64,000 nucleotides of DNA from a virus, in the IMG/VR virus record IMGVR_UViG_3300023179_000031, positions 32,001-96,000 of that record; one strand, written 5' to 3'. Below, piece by piece: positions 30,495-39,699 of this stretch (positions are counted from its first letter, which is position 1; the number at the start of each line of letters is the position of its first letter). The notes below the pieces were generated by a model. It did no database searches. It saw only the letters and a list, made by a program, of their open reading frames with translations, and was not told where the DNA came from. The translations under genes and the position numbers were made by a program.

Positions 30495-31355
30495 ATGCCA
30501 ATTCCATCAAGAGATAAAAATGAAGATAAAAACTCATTCATGAGTAGATGCATGAGTGACGCAAAAATGCGTGATGAATATAAGAGTGAACAACAAAGAG
30601 CGGCTATTTGTATGCAGCAGGCAACATCAGAGTGCGATTGCGTAGAAGCTGCTGATTTCAAAATGCAAGTAGAAGTCTATGGATATGAAGAAGATATTAA
30701 TGAGGATAATTTTTACATCCCAACACAAGCAGAATATGAAGATTTTGGCGAAGAAACGGAGGAATGGGATGTTGCTGGAGAGAAACCGGGGTTGTGGGAA
30801 AACATCAGAAAGAAGAAGGAACGAGAAGGCAAAAACTATAAGCCAGCAAAGCCGGGAGATCCAGATAGACCAGATAAAGATGCATTTAAAAAAGCTCAGT
30901 CTGGTGATAGCGAAATGGCTATTGAACAAATAATGAAAATGCACGACCAGCTTATGGAAGTAGTTGCTAAAATGCAAACAATGCAAATACCTGTAGAATT
31001 TCAGGATTGGACAAAAGACATGATCTCCAAGGCTGAAATATATGTTCAGAATGTATACGACTTTGTTAAGTATTATGAGCCGGGTAAATATGAAGAAGAT
31101 AGTGCAGATGCTTCTGAATATCAAGGTCGCAAAGTAACTTTGAATAAGCCATTTAGAACATCAAATGGCCCAAAGAAGTTTGCAGTATATGTTAAGAATG
31201 AAAGCGGAAATGTTGTTATTGTTCGATTTGGTGATCCAAATATGAAGATCAAAAAGAACATTCCAGAGCGAAGAAAGAGCTTTAGAGCTAGGCATAACTG
31301 TGACAATCCCGGTCCAAAGTGGAAGGCTAGATATTGGGCCTGCAAGAGTTGGTAA
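30495..31355 (+). CDS. Multi-module phage protein with C-terminal DUF6321-like domain
   Basis: Small basic modules separated by acidic spacers; C-terminus KKFAVYVKN..VRFGDPNM..RRKSFRARHNC..ARYWACKSW. Confidence 0.7.
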   Translation: MPIPSRDKNEDKNSFMSRCMSDAKMRDEYKSEQQRAAICMQQATSECDCVEAADFKMQVEVYGYEEDINEDNFYIPTQAEYEDFGEETEEWDVAGEKPGLWENIRKKKEREGKNYKPAKPGDPDRPDKDAFKKAQSGDSEMAIEQIMKMHDQLMEVVAKMQTMQIPVEFQDWTKDMISKAEIYVQNVYDFVKYYEPGKYEEDSADASEYQGRKVTLNKPFRTSNGPKKFAVYVKNESGNVVIVRFGDPNMKIKKNIPERRKSFRARHNCDNPGPKWKARYWACKSW

Positions 31356-31382
31356 ACATAATTCAAATAAGGAATAAATAAC

Positions 31383-31904
31383 ATGACAAAACAATCAATA
31401 GAAAGTTTATTACAATCGCAGTCTCAAGATGTTGCTGGATATTCTAGCGATACCGTAATTGAGCTACTTAAAAAATCACTAAACATTCACTGGCAGCAAA
31501 CAACCGTTATGTCTGCACAAGCTGTACATCTTGATCGCTGGGGCTATAAGAAGCTTGCGGCAATTTTTAAAGAAGATGCACTACAAGAGCATCAACATGC
31601 TATGATTAATCTTGGTAGATTAGAGTTTTTCGACGCTGACTATCAACCGCTAACAGTATCGCCGCCAGTATGGACTAGGCATGATATTTTAGCAATGATT
31701 AACTACAACCTTGATTCGGTTCGCCAAGCCTCTGCTGCTGAAAGAGCTACAATCGTGGCAGCTAGGAGCGTTGGCGATGAATTAACGGCTAACGTAATGA
31801 TTACTTTGCTACAAGGCTCAGAGGATGGAATTGAGCTTTATGAAGGAATGTTGAAGCTTATTGAGCAAATGGGTCTTGACAACTTCCTAACGCTACAGGT
31901 ATAA
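31383..31904 (+). CDS. bfr: Bacterioferritin-like protein with degenerate ferroxidase centre
   Basis: Near-colinear with Bfr (WGYKKL, EHQHA, RLEF, LIEQMGLDNFL), but several metal ligands are substituted. Confidence 0.8.
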   Translation: MTKQSIESLLQSQSQDVAGYSSDTVIELLKKSLNIHWQQTTVMSAQAVHLDRWGYKKLAAIFKEDALQEHQHAMINLGRLEFFDADYQPLTVSPPVWTRHDILAMINYNLDSVRQASAAERATIVAARSVGDELTANVMITLLQGSEDGIELYEGMLKLIEQMGLDNFLTLQV

Positions 31905-31905
31905 T
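31876..31905 (+). promoter_or_regulatory. Consensus sigma70 promoter upstream of dnaE-N
   Basis: Perfect TTGACA (31876-81)-18 bp-TATAAT (31900-05) overlapping the bfr 3' end; a second TATAAT at 31936. Confidence 0.75.
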
Positions 31906-31986
31906 TGCCTGTCGGCATTTTTGTTGGTTGGACGGTATAATAGTTTGATAGCTACTGCATACACATTGAATTGACAAGGAAAGTAT

Positions 31987-33591
31987 ATGTTGAACTGGTT
32001 TCCTCTGAATAACTATACTCATTATAGTTTGCTAAAAGGTTTTTCTAAGCCAGAAGAATTGGCTGATAAATGCAAAGAAAACGGTTATCCAGCCTGTGGT
32101 ATTTGTGACTATAAGACAATATCTGGCGCTATATCTTTTTACAAAGCCTGCAAAAGTGCTGGCATAAAGCCTATAATTGGCTGTTCTTTTGATAAGTTCA
32201 AAGTTTTTGCTAAGAACAAGTCTGGATGGCATGACCTAATTGAATTAGTGTCATCTATAGATGAGAGTGGTGATTTATCAGAAGATTTATTTAGTAAGAT
32301 CTTTGATAGAAAAAATCTCATTAAAATATCAAATGTTGCAAGTAAGTCTATGCCAGATAGTTATTATGCAAATAAAGAGGACGCAAAGCTGCATAGAATA
32401 CTTCTATGTTCAGACATGAAAACAACCCTACCAAAAATTAATAAGGCTATTAAGCAAGAAAAAAACGCCAGCTTACTCATGGATAATCATGCAGACAAGC
32501 TAGATTATTTCCTATTTGATAAGTTTTATCTACTAGATAAAGAAGAATCTAAGGGACTAGAAACAACTAAGCTAGAAGAGATTTACAATCAGTGCGAAGA
32601 CTATGATATTTTAAGTAAGCCAAATCTTCCAAAGTTTGCTTGCCCAAACAATCAGTCAGAAGAAGACTATCTTAAGGAACTTTGTCGCATTGGATGGAAG
32701 AATCTATTAATCGATAATGATAAAGTTTCTAAGCCAGAAGACAAGCAGAAATATCTAGATAGATTTAAAGAAGAGTTTGACGTTATTAAGGGTGCTAACC
32801 TGTTCGGATATTTTCTAATCGTTCATGATATTATACATTATTGCGAAAGTCAAGGTTGGCTTTGTGGTCCCGGCAGAGGTTCTGCTGCTGGATGTTTAAT
32901 ATCTTATCTAATTGGAATTACAAAGATTGATCCACTAGAGTTTGATCTTCTGTTTGCACGTTTTTATAATGCCGGTAGAAATAGTGAAGATCATATTTCT
33001 TTGCCAGATATTGATATGGACGTTCCCGGTAACAAGAGGGATGAAGTTATAGCTTATCTGAAGGACAAGTATGGACACGACCACGTTAGCCAAATGATTA
33101 CATTCGGCAGATTACGCGGCAGAAGCGCAATTAAAGAAGTGTTACGAGTTAATGAAGCTTGTTCTTTTAGTGAAATGAACGCTATAACCAAAAGCGTACC
33201 AAACGAAGCTGAAATCTCAGATCAGCTTGCAGATATGGATGACGAAGAAAGATCTATTATTAGGTGGGCATTAATTAATAGGTCAAGTGACTTGAGAGAT
33301 TTTTGCTATATCAATGATGATGGAAAACTAGAAGGAAACTATGCCGAATATTTTGAGCAAGCCATAAAGATTGAGGGTACATTTAAAACGCAGGGAAAAC
33401 ATGCTGCCGGTGTTGTTATCTCTGCTAAAAGATTGAATACGGTTTGCCCAATGGTAAAGCAGCGTGGATCGACTGAAAAGATTGCAGGACTTGAAATGTC
33501 AGACCTTGAAAGTCTAGGTCATGTCAAATTTGATATTTTAGGAATTACGCTCTTGGATAAATTGATGTATATCCAGAAAACTTGTGTATAG
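31987..33591 (+). CDS. dnaE: DNA polymerase III alpha, N-terminal part (PHP + palm)
   Basis: NYTHYSLLKG (PHP), PGRGSAAG, PDIDMD, HAAGVVI, KFDILG; stops shortly after KFDILG. Confidence 0.93.
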   Translation: MLNWFPLNNYTHYSLLKGFSKPEELADKCKENGYPACGICDYKTISGAISFYKACKSAGIKPIIGCSFDKFKVFAKNKSGWHDLIELVSSIDESGDLSEDLFSKIFDRKNLIKISNVASKSMPDSYYANKEDAKLHRILLCSDMKTTLPKINKAIKQEKNASLLMDNHADKLDYFLFDKFYLLDKEESKGLETTKLEEIYNQCEDYDILSKPNLPKFACPNNQSEEDYLKELCRIGWKNLLIDNDKVSKPEDKQKYLDRFKEEFDVIKGANLFGYFLIVHDIIHYCESQGWLCGPGRGSAAGCLISYLIGITKIDPLEFDLLFARFYNAGRNSEDHISLPDIDMDVPGNKRDEVIAYLKDKYGHDHVSQMITFGRLRGRSAIKEVLRVNEACSFSEMNAITKSVPNEAEISDQLADMDDEERSIIRWALINRSSDLRDFCYINDDGKLEGNYAEYFEQAIKIEGTFKTQGKHAAGVVISAKRLNTVCPMVKQRGSTEKIAGLEMSDLESLGHVKFDILGITLLDKLMYIQKTCV

Positions 33592-33627
33592 TATTACGTC
33601 AAACTTTACACCCACTGGAGATTAACC

Positions 33628-34323
33628 ATGATTACTCATGAAAAATTAAAGCAAATGCTTCATTTAGAAAATAAGAGCCAAAGAGAAATATCACAAGAAC
33701 TGGGCATTAGCGAGGCTTGCGTTTCGCAGTACGCTAAAAAATATGGATTAAGGAGAAAGCCAGAAGAAAGATATATTGGTAAAAGATTTGGAATATTAAC
33801 GGGTAAAAAGGTTGTTGGTCAGGACGATTATTCTCATAATATGATTGAATGTGTTTGTGATTGTGGTAATACAATTGTCATTGTGTGCCACTCTTTAACA
33901 AGTGGTAATACAAAAAGCTGCGGGTGTGAAGCAAGAAAGCGTGGAAAAGATCGTGCAAACTATCGCGGTTATGAAAATATCCAACAAAGTTATTGGAGTA
34001 GTATAATTAAAGGTGCCGATAAAAGAAATTTAGAAATGTCTATTTCAGTTGAATATGCTTGGAGTCTATATGAAAAGCAAGGTAAAAAATGCGCTGTAAC
34101 TGGAGTGCCAATATTTTTTCCACAAACAAGAAAAACTGCAAATAAATCGACAGCATCACTAGATAGAATAGATAATACAAAGGGCTACATTGAAGGAAAC
34201 GTGCAATGGGTACATAAGAAAATAAATCAAATTAAAATGGATTTGACAATTGAAGATTTTTTTGAATTATGCAAAAGCGTAGTTAATTATAACAATTTAT
34301 TGGAGAAACAGAATGGCAAATAG
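33628..34323 (+). mobile_element. Free-standing HNH homing endonuclease (HTH + CxCDCG/SCGC domain + HNH)
   Basis: SQREISQELGIS HTH; GKRFG..CVCDCG..SGNTKSCGC; ASLDRIDNTKGYIEGNVQWVHKKIN. Has its own GGAG RBS. Confidence 0.85.
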
Positions 34324-34993
34324 AGATTTTGTCGTGTTCGATTTTGAAACGGGAAGTAGGAATCCTCACAGAACTCAGCCAACACAAATTGCAGCATTAG
34401 CTATTGATGGTCGCAATCTATCTGTTAAGGGTCAATTTAATAGTGAGATTAAGCCCATATTTGAGGATGAGTTAGCTATTGCCGCTGGGTTTGATCCACT
34501 AGAAGATGAGGCTTTAAAAATTACAGGAAAAACAAGAGAGGGTCTTGCTAATGCTCCATCTCTGAAGTCAGTGTGGTCTAAGTTTACAAAGTTTGTTGAT
34601 CAGTATAACTGGAAGGGTGATTCTTTTTATGCTCCAATTCCAGTTGGATTTAACATTGTAGGTTTCGACTTAATTATTGTGAATAGGTTATGCAAGGAAT
34701 TTGGCCCTTGGGATAAGGATAAAGAACATCAAAAGCTATTTAGCAAGGTGTACAAGGTGGATATAATGGATAATGTCTTTCTATGGACAGAAGGTGATCC
34801 AAGTGTTAAGTCTATTAGCATGGATTCACTGAGGCAAAGAATGGGACTAAGTAAAGAAAATGCTCACGACGCTTTGCAAGACGTTAAAGATGAGGCTAAT
34901 ATATTCATCAAGCTATTAAAAACACATAGGTCCGTGTATCAGAATATTACTTTTGAAAATGCGTTTGCCAACGGTGGATTATATGTCAAATAA
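34313..34993 (+). CDS. DEDDh 3'-5' exonuclease (DnaQ/epsilon-like)
   Basis: VFDFETG (ExoI), FNIVGFD (ExoII), AHDALQD (ExoIII). Confidence 0.9.
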   Translation: MANRDFVVFDFETGSRNPHRTQPTQIAALAIDGRNLSVKGQFNSEIKPIFEDELAIAAGFDPLEDEALKITGKTREGLANAPSLKSVWSKFTKFVDQYNWKGDSFYAPIPVGFNIVGFDLIIVNRLCKEFGPWDKDKEHQKLFSKVYKVDIMDNVFLWTEGDPSVKSISMDSLRQRMGLSKENAHDALQDVKDEANIFIKLLKTHRSVYQNITFENAFANGGLYVK

Positions 34994-36563
34994 TGTAAAT
35001 ATTGATTATAACTGCAAAAAGACTTGGGGATTGTTTGCTGAAGGCAAGACCAAAGGGATCTTTCAGCTAGAAAGTAACCTTGGGAAATCATGGTCTAAAA
35101 AACTAGCTCCGACAAATCTAGAAGAGCTATCAGCATTGATTGCTATCATTAGGCCGGGAACTCTTAAAGCATTTGTCGATGGCAAGAGCATGACGCAGCA
35201 CTATGTTGATAGAAAGCATGGTAGAGAAGAAGTAACTTATTTGCATGAATCTCTAGAAGAAATATTAAAGCCAACATATGGTGTGCTTGTGTACCAAGAG
35301 CAGTCAATGCGTATTGCACAAAAAGTTGCTGGATTTAATCTTCAAGAGGCTGACGTTTTACGCAAGGCAATCGGTAAGAAAAAGGCCGACCTCATGAATG
35401 AAGTAAAGAAGTCATTTATAGAGGGTTCTCAAAAAGTTGGAATAGTTACTAAAGAAGAAGCAGAGCAAATCTTTGGATGGATCGAAAAGTCTGCACGATA
35501 TGCTTTTAATAAATCTCATAGCGTTTCATATGCAATGTGTTCGTATTGGAGTGCATATTATAAAGCGCATTACACTCCTCAGTTTTTTCTATCGTATCTA
35601 CACTATGCAAATGAAAAGCAAGATCCACATAGAGAAATATATGAGCTTATCTCAGAGGCAAAATTATTTGACATTCAATTAAGAACTCCAAATATTACAA
35701 ATTTTAGTAACAAGTTTGTTCTTAGGGAAAACAATAAGATTTATTTTGGTGTAAAGGATATAAAGTCATTAACTGGCAAAACCGGCGATGCTCTTGAAGA
35801 AGCTATAAAACTAGCAGAGCAAGCATCTGGAAAAAAAATATCATCTTTTTCTTGGTTAGATGTTCTTGTATTTTTTAGTCCATATGTTAATTCTACATCT
35901 TTTAAAGCTTTAGCGTCTGTTGGATTTTTTAGGGGCTTTAAGGAAAAAGTATCTCGCAATAAAGCATTGTATGATTATGATATATTTAAGACTTTAACAA
36001 AGGCTGAACAGACTTGGATATCAAACAACTACGAAGCTAAAAAGTGGACATCATTCGTAGAGTGCCTTAAAGACTTGGCACCAACTAAAAAAGAGGGCGG
36101 TGGCACAAGCAAAGTTGACAGAAAACAGGCTATTACAAATGAGATACAGCTACTTATTGATCCACCATACGATCTTGAAGATGATGCAGGCTGGATTATT
36201 GATCAAGAAACAAAGTTCTTAGGTTGTCCGGTAACATTGTCTAGAATTGAAACATCTGATAGCTCTGCCGCAAACACTACTTGCAAAGAAATTATCAATG
36301 GTAAAAAGGGTAAGGATTTGTGTGTTGTGGCAAATATACAAAGGTTATCAGATTATACGATAACCAAGGGCGAATCAAAGGGGCAAATCATGTCATTTCT
36401 AACCATAGAAGATGAATCATGTATGCTTGATAGCGTGATTGTGTTTCCTCAAGTAAAAGAGAAATATAGATATGTATTATACGAAGGTAACAATCTAATT
36501 TTTTGTGGATCTGTAACAGGTCAAGACAATGCGTTTATTGTCAACAAGATTCATGAAATTTGA
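34983..36563 (+). CDS. dnaE: DNA polymerase III alpha, C-terminal part (fingers, HhH, OB)
   Basis: GIFQLES, IRPG, VYQEQ, LRKAIGKK, YAFNKSHS and OB-fold MSFLTIED. Likely ATG at 34983 overlaps the exonuclease end. Confidence 0.93.
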   Translation: MSNNVNIDYNCKKTWGLFAEGKTKGIFQLESNLGKSWSKKLAPTNLEELSALIAIIRPGTLKAFVDGKSMTQHYVDRKHGREEVTYLHESLEEILKPTYGVLVYQEQSMRIAQKVAGFNLQEADVLRKAIGKKKADLMNEVKKSFIEGSQKVGIVTKEEAEQIFGWIEKSARYAFNKSHSVSYAMCSYWSAYYKAHYTPQFFLSYLHYANEKQDPHREIYELISEAKLFDIQLRTPNITNFSNKFVLRENNKIYFGVKDIKSLTGKTGDALEEAIKLAEQASGKKISSFSWLDVLVFFSPYVNSTSFKALASVGFFRGFKEKVSRNKALYDYDIFKTLTKAEQTWISNNYEAKKWTSFVECLKDLAPTKKEGGGTSKVDRKQAITNEIQLLIDPPYDLEDDAGWIIDQETKFLGCPVTLSRIETSDSSAANTTCKEIINGKKGKDLCVVANIQRLSDYTITKGESKGQIMSFLTIEDESCMLDSVIVFPQVKEKYRYVLYEGNNLIFCGSVTGQDNAFIVNKIHEI

Positions 36564-36564
36564 G

Positions 36565-36593
36565 TTGTCTTTTTGGCTTGTATCAGCTAATAT
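36565..36593 (+). promoter_or_regulatory. Possible sigma70 promoter before ssb
   Basis: TTGTCT-17 bp-TAATAT in the intergenic gap, then a GGAG RBS. Confidence 0.4.
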
Positions 36594-36611
36594 ACAAAGA
36601 TTGGAGAAGAT

Positions 36612-36926
36612 ATGAATATCTGTTCATTTACGGGTTATCTAGTAGAAAACCCAAAAATTTCTATAATAGACAATGTGGTGTTGGCGGAATTTACGATAGT
36701 AGTCTATACTTATAGAAGAACCAAAAGCACTGGCGAGAAGAGTAGAACGCCAACTTTTTTAAGATGCGAAGCTTGGCATACTGGTGCTGAAACTTTAGAA
36801 AAATTTGCAACCAAAGGAACCAAGATTACAGTTATAGCATCTGCTAAAAATATTTCCAAAGAAAATCGTGGAATAGTTTTTAGAATCAATGAATTCGATC
36901 TTTGCAACCAAGATTTTGAGGATTAA
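36612..36926 (+). CDS. ssb: Single-stranded DNA-binding protein
   Basis: MNICSFTGYLVENP, FLRCEAW..GAE..KG, acidic C-terminus. Confidence 0.8.
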   Translation: MNICSFTGYLVENPKISIIDNVVLAEFTIVVYTYRRTKSTGEKSRTPTFLRCEAWHTGAETLEKFATKGTKITVIASAKNISKENRGIVFRINEFDLCNQDFED

Positions 36927-36928
36927 TA

Positions 36929-38590
36929 ATGAGAAAGAAAAGGATTCTATTTTGCAGCGAAGCAACGTTTCTCAATACTGGATATGCAACATATACTAGA
37001 GAAGTATTGAATTATTTGCATGGAACAGGTAAATATGAGTTGGCAGAGCTAGCTGCATATGGCGAAAGAAATGATCCAAGAGCTAGATCTATTCCTTGGC
37101 GTTTTTATGGTGTAACACCGCCAAAAGAAGCTAGCGACGAAGAAAAACAAAGATATGCCTCTATTCCAACAAATCAGTTTGGAGAATATGCTTTTGAAGG
37201 TGTATGTCTAGATTTTCGTCCAGATATAGTTTGTGATATTAGAGACTTCTGGATGTTAGATTTTGCTGAAAGATCTCCATATAGAAACTTTTTTAAGTGG
37301 GCTATTATGCCAACTGTTGATGCTGCACCGCAAGCAAGGCAGTGGATAGCAACATATCAATCTGCTGATGCATGTTTTACTTATTCAGATTGGGCTGGAG
37401 AAGTTCTCAAAAAACAATCTGGTGGATTAATTAATTACTTAGGAAGCGCACCACCTTCTGCTCATGCTGCTTATCAACCAATTCAAAATACAGATAGCCT
37501 AAGAGAATATTTTAATATAGATCCAGATACAAATATTATCGGAACAGTTATGCGTAATCAAAGACGCAAATTATATCCAGATTTATTTGCTGCATTTAGA
37601 ATGCTATTAGATAAAGTTGAAGACAAGCATAAGTATATACTATATTGTCATACTAGTTATCCAGACATGGGCTGGGACTTTCCAGAATTACTACAACAAT
37701 ATGAGTTGTCTTCTCATGTTATGTTTACATATGTTTGTCCAGATACTGGAAAGCCATTTCCATCTAGATTTAGAGGAGCTATAGCACAGTCTCCATTTAC
37801 TGGAAAGTATAACTGTGCAATGTCAAATGTAAAAACTGGACTTAGCTATGAAGATCTTTCAGTAATTATAAATCTATTTGACATATATGTTCAGTATGCT
37901 AACTGTGAAGGTTTTGGATTGCCACAAGTTGAGGCTGCTGCCTGTGCAGTTCCAGTAATGGGTACTGATTATTCAGCGATGGAAAGTGTACTAAGGCAAC
38001 TTGGCGGTATTCCAATTAAGCCAAAGGCTCTATACAAAGAGCTTGAAACAGGATGTTTTAGAGCAGTTCCAGACAATGAATTAGCTGCACAAAAGCTATT
38101 TGAGTTTTTCCAGCAACCAAAAAATCTAAGAAAAAGAATGGGATTTAATACAAGACAGGCATTTTTAGAACATTTCCAATGGGATAAAACTGGATCAATG
38201 TGGGAAAACTATTTTGATAGTGTTGAGATTCAGCCAGAAGAAAAAACTTGGAAGTCTTTTCCTCGTATTAATTATCCAAAGCCAAAACCACGGCAGCTTC
38301 CAGAAGGTATTTCCCATGAAGAGTTATCCAAGTGGCTAATAACAGATGTTCTCTGTGAACCAGAAAAAGTTAATTCTTTTATGCACGCTAGATTAACAAG
38401 AGATTTAATGTATAGATGCTCTACCGCAACAACCGGTGGAATGTATTTCAATGAAAGTTCTGCAAATTTTGATGCTAAAAACATAAGGAACCCATTTAAT
38501 TTTGATATGGCGTATGAACATATGGCTGCTTTGTGTCATAGAAGAAATAATTGGGAACAAAAAAGAGCGGAGGCGTTTGGTCTATCATGA
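36929..38590 (+). CDS. Glycosyltransferase family 4 (GT-B)
   Basis: TGYATY, VMRNQRRKLYP, EGFGLPQVEAAAC..PV..TDYS. Confidence 0.9.
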   Translation: MRKKRILFCSEATFLNTGYATYTREVLNYLHGTGKYELAELAAYGERNDPRARSIPWRFYGVTPPKEASDEEKQRYASIPTNQFGEYAFEGVCLDFRPDIVCDIRDFWMLDFAERSPYRNFFKWAIMPTVDAAPQARQWIATYQSADACFTYSDWAGEVLKKQSGGLINYLGSAPPSAHAAYQPIQNTDSLREYFNIDPDTNIIGTVMRNQRRKLYPDLFAAFRMLLDKVEDKHKYILYCHTSYPDMGWDFPELLQQYELSSHVMFTYVCPDTGKPFPSRFRGAIAQSPFTGKYNCAMSNVKTGLSYEDLSVIINLFDIYVQYANCEGFGLPQVEAAACAVPVMGTDYSAMESVLRQLGGIPIKPKALYKELETGCFRAVPDNELAAQKLFEFFQQPKNLRKRMGFNTRQAFLEHFQWDKTGSMWENYFDSVEIQPEEKTWKSFPRINYPKPKPRQLPEGISHEELSKWLITDVLCEPEKVNSFMHARLTRDLMYRCSTATTGGMYFNESSANFDAKNIRNPFNFDMAYEHMAALCHRRNNWEQKRAEAFGLS

Positions 38591-39699
38591 AAATATTGTA
38601 TATAGCACATTACAAAGAGGGTAGTGGGTGGTCTAGGGCTGCTCTAGATTATATCTTAGCTTTAGATCAAAATGGTTTTGATGTAGTTTGTAGGAATGTA
38701 CAGTTAACATCTACTGAGCATCCCGTACCAGAGAGAATACATGAATTAGAATCTAAACCTTTAACTGGGGTTGATGTTTGCATACAGCATCTTCTTCCTC
38801 ATCATATGATTGGGACTAAAAAATTCAAAAAAAATATCGGCGTTTTTGTTAGCGAGACAGATAGTATAAAACACACATCTTGGTTTACATTTCTAGCAAA
38901 CGTTGATCAAATTTGGGTTCCAAATTCTGATAATAAACTAAGGCTAACTACGGATGGTTTTAAAAATGTTGAAGTTGTTCCATACGCTTTTGATCTATCA
39001 AATTATAAAGACAGGCCAAAAATAAATCTTTATAGTGCTAACAATAAGTTCAAGTTTTATTATATTGGCGATCTAAATGATAGAAAGAATTTAGCAGGAA
39101 TTATAAGGGCATTTAATAGTGAGTTTTGTAATGGTGAGCCAGTAAGTCTAGTTATTAAAATAAGAAAGTATGGCGTACAACCAAAGCAATTGCATGATGC
39201 TTTCGTGAAGTTTTCTCAGCAGATAAAATCTCAGTTAAGAATTCATAAGAAGCTAGAACACTATCCATCAGAGATAGTAATAACAGCAGATGCTGGAGAT
39301 GATGTTATACATAGTTTACATAATACATGTGATTGTTTTGTTGGTCTTTCTCATGGCGAAGGCTGGTCTATACCAGCGTTTGAATCAATGTGCTATGGTA
39401 AAACTCCCATATGTAGCAATGAAGGTGGACCAAAAGAATTTATAGACGCTAATGATATTAATACCGGCTCTTTAATTGATGGGGTATACTCTGTCTGTTC
39501 TCAGAATGATCCAGCTTTTGGCGATATTTTTACAGGTAGAGAAAACTGGTTTCAACCAAGCGAACAATTAGCCAAAAAAGCTATGAGGTTTTACTACGAA
39601 AATTCTCACAAGATAGATAGATCTATCGGATTAAAAACAGCAGAAAAGTTTAGTTATCAAAATATAGCTAAGAAAATAAAGGATGTTCTAGATGAGTAA
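38587..39699 (+). CDS. Glycosyltransferase family 4
   Basis: SGWSRAA, RKNL, SHGEGWSIPAFESMCYGK. Confidence 0.9.
   Translation: MKILYIAHYKEGSGWSRAALDYILALDQNGFDVVCRNVQLTSTEHPVPERIHELESKPLTGVDVCIQHLLPHHMIGTKKFKKNIGVFVSETDSIKHTSWFTFLANVDQIWVPNSDNKLRLTTDGFKNVEVVPYAFDLSNYKDRPKINLYSANNKFKFYYIGDLNDRKNLAGIIRAFNSEFCNGEPVSLVIKIRKYGVQPKQLHDAFVKFSQQIKSQLRIHKKLEHYPSEIVITADAGDDVIHSLHNTCDCFVGLSHGEGWSIPAFESMCYGKTPICSNEGGPKEFIDANDINTGSLIDGVYSVCSQNDPAFGDIFTGRENWFQPSEQLAKKAMRFYYENSHKIDRSIGLKTAEKFSYQNIAKKIKDVLDE

Noticed and set aside
31906-31922. Terminator after bfr (TGCC-TGTC-GGCA-TTTTT)
   Set aside because: The stem is only 4 bp and adjoins a consensus promoter, so it is too weak to call.
33560-35010. Split intein or group I intron explaining the dnaE break
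   Set aside because: No intein N-terminal (C/S-start block) or C-terminal HN motifs. The gaps are only tens of bases, too short for intron core structure, and the intervening DNA holds an intact exonuclease gene.
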